NCBI GenBank assembly: GCA_013239625.1
Contig: MU056029.1
Span: forward strand, 558,001 to 622,000
DNA length: 64,000 nucleotides
Direction of reading: 5' to 3'
Source of the DNA: Lama guanicoe
Taxonomy: Eukaryota
Translations under genes and position numbers: made by a program
Shown here: positions 63,401-64,000 of the stretch, piece by piece
Layout: each line of letters begins with the position of its first letter
Position numbering within the stretch: position 1 is the stretch's first letter
The notes under the pieces: model-generated
Seen by the model: the letters and a program-made list of their open reading frames with translations, nothing else
Told to the model about the DNA's origin: nothing
Databases searched by the model: none

Positions 63401-64000
63401 TCCGCATCAGCACTCAGGGATCTTCCTACAGCAGCAGAACATCCTTGCCTTACTGCACATGCGTGACTCTATGTGCCATTTTTCACTCCTTTACAGCCTC
63501 CAGCAGGCCGGGGCGGGGCCTGTCATTTGATCTGATGATCAAATGACACATGAAAGAACATTTTGAAAACATGTGTAATTATAAAAAATATATACCTACC
63601 CCGACTTCCATCCAGGAAGAAGCCAACTCAAGCAGTTTGTCACAATTCCTTCCAGACCTTTTTCTTCTGTGGGATTACTTTTCTTTACATTAAAAAAAAA
63701 ATTTTTGTTGGACGTATCATGTATTTTCAAACTTTTCTAACCTTAAATCATGCTGAAACAAACCACGTGCTTCATAAATCTTTGACCTCGTTTCAGATGA
63801 GACCCCAGAATTAGAATTATCATGTAAAATTTTAACAGCCCTTTAAAGCATCTCTGATACACACATCCAAGTGTTTCTTTCACAAAATTGCTAACATTTT
63901 ATTTCCACGGGCAGAGACCGTGAAGGTCTGTAACTACACTCCCACCAGCGCTGAGTCAGGTCAGCGGTTTCCATCTTTGTCACGCTATCAGCCCAACATG

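Noticed and set aside
1..64000. CRISPR arrays, operons, NUMTs or non-retroviral viral inserts
   Set aside because: No repeat-spacer array, mitochondrial-like or viral protein-like segment recognised by eye; highly diverged inserts would need tBLASTn to exclude

Overview
Mammalian, apparently intergenic DNA, most likely camelid. The basis is about 12 copies of a tRNA-Ala-like SINE resembling camelid vic-1, plus one recurring young L1 3'UTR type. I find no supportable cellular protein-coding gene; the long ORFs in the track come from repeats. The one clear gene is an intact tRNA-Glu(TTC) at 60624-60695 (-) with a T5 terminator. It sits back-to-back with a CpG island carrying Pol II promoter motifs. 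The rest is layered transposon debris: L1, L2, MIR, Tigger and hAT DNA transposons, many solo ERV LTRs (dense at 46-62 kb) and a fragmented ERVL provirus, with a few repeat-free candidate regulatory blocks. I see no convincing new biological system. The best leads are a twin-primed L1 whose inversion point lies only about 30 nt from its tail, a two-family compound LTR inside a single TSD, a flank-fused intact L1 ORF2 C-terminal ORF, a motif-dense element at 43.5-43.9 kb, and a candidate divergent promoter beside the tRNA. Repeat family names are from recollection of consensus sequences, not from a search. Boundaries without TSDs are approximate.
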